Shown: positions 23,737 to 25,440 of the stretch, piece by piece | How the letters are laid out: each line of letters begins with the position of its first letter | Numbering within the stretch: the stretch's first letter is position 1 | IMG/VR virus record: IMGVR_UViG_3300005680_000003 | Location: 62,001-87,440 of that record | Source of the DNA: an uncultured virus (IMG/VR IMGVR_UViG_3300005680_000003) | Lineage: Duplodnaviria; Heunggongvirae; Uroviricota; Caudoviricetes | DNA length: 25,440 nt | Strand: one strand, 5' to 3' | The notes under the pieces: generated by a model | Told to the model about the DNA's origin: nothing | The model's input: only the letters and a program-made list of their open reading frames with translations | Databases searched by the model: none | Made by a program: the position numbers and the translations under genes

Positions 23737-24093
23737 ACAGCAGTCGAGAACCTGACCGCCGACCTGCCGGCCCTGGTCGGCACCGACAAGCAGATCGCAT
23801 GGGCCAGCGACATCCGCGACCACACCGCGGCCACCCTCGCCGCGACGATCCGCCAATTCGAGGGCAGCCCGCGGGGCGTGCTGATCCCGGTCTGGACCGA
23901 ACTCGCCGCCCGGGTACTCGGGATCACCGACACCGGATGGTGGATCGAGCGCCGCGGGAACTTCACGGTCACCAACGCGATCACGATGGCGATCGCGGCC
24001 GTCGGCAGGGCCCGATTCACCCCCGGCATGACCCCGGCCGAGCAGATCGCCCTGCTCGACGCCGACGCGCTGTTCGCGGAGGTGACCCGATGA
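23734..24093 (+). CDS. Hypothetical phage protein
   Basis: Leaderless ATG; LPALVGTDKQIAWASDIR...GWWIERR motif. Confidence 0.8.
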   Translation: MTAVENLTADLPALVGTDKQIAWASDIRDHTAATLAATIRQFEGSPRGVLIPVWTELAARVLGITDTGWWIERRGNFTVTNAITMAIAAVGRARFTPGMTPAEQIALLDADALFAEVTR

Positions 24094-24662
24094 CCGGCCG
24101 CTACGGACCCAAGTCCCCCCGCCCAGACCTCCCCGTCGGAACGCTCGGGACCGACTTCCTCGAGACCCGCTCCGATCAGCCGTACCTGGTGGGCCGTGCT
24201 CTGGCCGTAGTCCTGGAGCTGGATCGGCTGTGCACGCAAGATGGCGAGATCAGCGACCGGAGTTTCGACCGGTGGCAGCGCTACTCCACGAAGCCCCGCG
24301 ACCTGGTTGCCTGGATCGCCAAGGACAGCGCCCGGATGGCATCCACGGCGCGCCGGCGCCACCCCGACGCCGTCCGCATGCTGGAAGAGGACTTGGCCGC
24401 GGTACTCGCGCGAGCCGACGTCGACACCCTCCCCGCGCGGTGGACCGATGAGACGGCAGGGACCATGACCTGGGGGTACCAAGCGCAGAGCGGGTGGTAC
24501 GCGTACAACGGCCTGGTCGCCGCCCGTCAGACCCTCGCGGCTGCGACGTCCGCCGCGAAGGCGGCAGCGGTTCGTCTGGTCAGTACGGGCATGTCCGAGG
24601 CCGAGGCTGCTCGCACCGTGGGGCTGGACCGGATGACGGTCCGCAAGGCGCTCGGCAAGTGA
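24090..24662 (+). CDS. Hypothetical protein with C-terminal HTH (190 aa)
   Basis: ATG 24090 with GGAGGTG RBS, ATGA overlap; GMSEAEAARTVGLDRMTVRKALGK. Confidence 0.8.
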   Translation: MTGRYGPKSPRPDLPVGTLGTDFLETRSDQPYLVGRALAVVLELDRLCTQDGEISDRSFDRWQRYSTKPRDLVAWIAKDSARMASTARRRHPDAVRMLEEDLAAVLARADVDTLPARWTDETAGTMTWGYQAQSGWYAYNGLVAARQTLAAATSAAKAAAVRLVSTGMSEAEAARTVGLDRMTVRKALGK

Positions 24663-24698
24663 CGTACCTCCGGCTAGCCCGACGATCGAGGTCACCGC

Positions 24699-25016
24699 TC
24701 ACTCCACCGGGCGGTCCGGGCACGGCCCGGTGTACCTGTCCGCCAAGACCTTCCCGCACCTGCTGCACTCCACCCGGTGCGAGCACCACCAATCGCCACG
24801 GGAAGCGAAGGCCCGCACCGTCGTAGCCCACGTCGGCCTTGGGCAACACGCGCGGTGACCACGCCAACCAGATGGCAGGACGACCTGCGGCAGGTGCGGG
24901 ACCCCGACCTTGCCTCGACACCAAGTCTTGGTGTCCTTGCGGGGTGATCGCCCGGTGCCCCGTGCGGGTGCATGCCCGCGGTCTGCCGGGTCCCGCCGGT
25001 CGCCTCCCTTAGCCAT
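24699..25016 (-). CDS. Basic Cys/His hypothetical protein
   Basis: KDTKTWCRGKVGVPH...WWCSHRVECSRCGK; overlaps the upstream gene end. Confidence 0.65.
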   Translation of the reverse strand: MAKGGDRRDPADRGHAPARGTGRSPRKDTKTWCRGKVGVPHLPQVVLPSGWRGHRACCPRPTWATTVRAFASRGDWWCSHRVECSRCGKVLADRYTGPCPDRPVE

Positions 25017-25413
25017 CAACGTCTGCCGCGGTGCAGCCCTGCACCCACTTCTTCCCTATCCGCCGCCACTGGCACTGCCTCGCGAGGGCATCCCGCTCCG
25101 GGAACGATGACCCGTCAACCATCCGAGCATCTCGGTAGAACACGGCGCCGGCAGCGCTCAGCTGCACCAGTCCCCCGCAACGCTGGCAGCGTGCCCCGGT
25201 CAGCAGTCGACGGGCCAGGGCTATCAGCGCGGCGGCCGGGCCCGTGTGGTGCTCGACGGTGATACGTGACCCTCGGTACTGCGCGTGGGCGTACCAGTCG
25301 GCCTGCTCGGGCGGGACGTCCTCGTGGAGGTACCCGAACACCAGGTTGCGGGCCCCGGTCAGGCCGACCAGGTCGACCGCGGCGAGCACCTCATCCTGGA
25401 CGGCGAGATTCAC
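25009..25413 (-). CDS. Hypothetical protein
   Basis: GTG 25413 with GGAG RBS (alternative start 25422); WYAHAQYRG, CQRCG, CQW motifs. Confidence 0.7.
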   Translation of the reverse strand: MNLAVQDEVLAAVDLVGLTGARNLVFGYLHEDVPPEQADWYAHAQYRGSRITVEHHTGPAAALIALARRLLTGARCQRCGGLVQLSAAGAVFYRDARMVDGSSFPERDALARQCQWRRIGKKWVQGCTAADVDG

Positions 25414-25440
25414 CGTGGGCACTCCGTCGCCAGGATCAAC

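Larger units (their letters stand above)
1..25440. mobile_element. Actinobacterial phage/prophage (possible phage-plasmid) segment
   Basis: Terminase large subunit with intein, HGGxSTG-like small terminase, dense small overlapping ORFs (ATGA/GTGA), phage-type DUF families, no housekeeping genes. Confidence 0.85.

Noticed and set aside
1..25440. Integrase, replication initiator, att sites or transposase
   Set aside because: No tyrosine/serine recombinase, Rep or DDE motifs recognised in any frame of this window.

Overview
High-GC actinobacterial phage, prophage or phage-plasmid DNA. At the left edge, a terminase large subunit gene (minus strand, missing from the ORF track, runs off the window) is interrupted directly after its Walker A lysine by a Gly-initiated, class 3-like intein with a LAGLIDADG block. 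A GT-A glycosyltransferase is translationally coupled upstream of it. A probable terminase small subunit (HGGxSTG-like) lies about 10 kb away. Between and beyond them are many short, overlapping genes of unknown function in divergent operons. These are driven by mostly leaderless sigmaA-type promoters and usually include an HTH or RHH protein. A HicAB-like toxin-antitoxin locus sits at 13.6-14.8 kb. At 16.7-22.1 kb is a Streptomyces-type dsDNA conjugation module: a GntR repressor divergent from small membrane proteins, an FtsK-like TraB with a clt-like 8-mer repeat array, a Spd/DUF2637-like protein and a YdjM-like hydrolase. No integrase, excisionase or Rep gene is visible next to it. The leading hypothesis is a virion-packaging element that can also transfer by TraB conjugation. 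All family assignments come from motif recognition by eye; no database searches were run.
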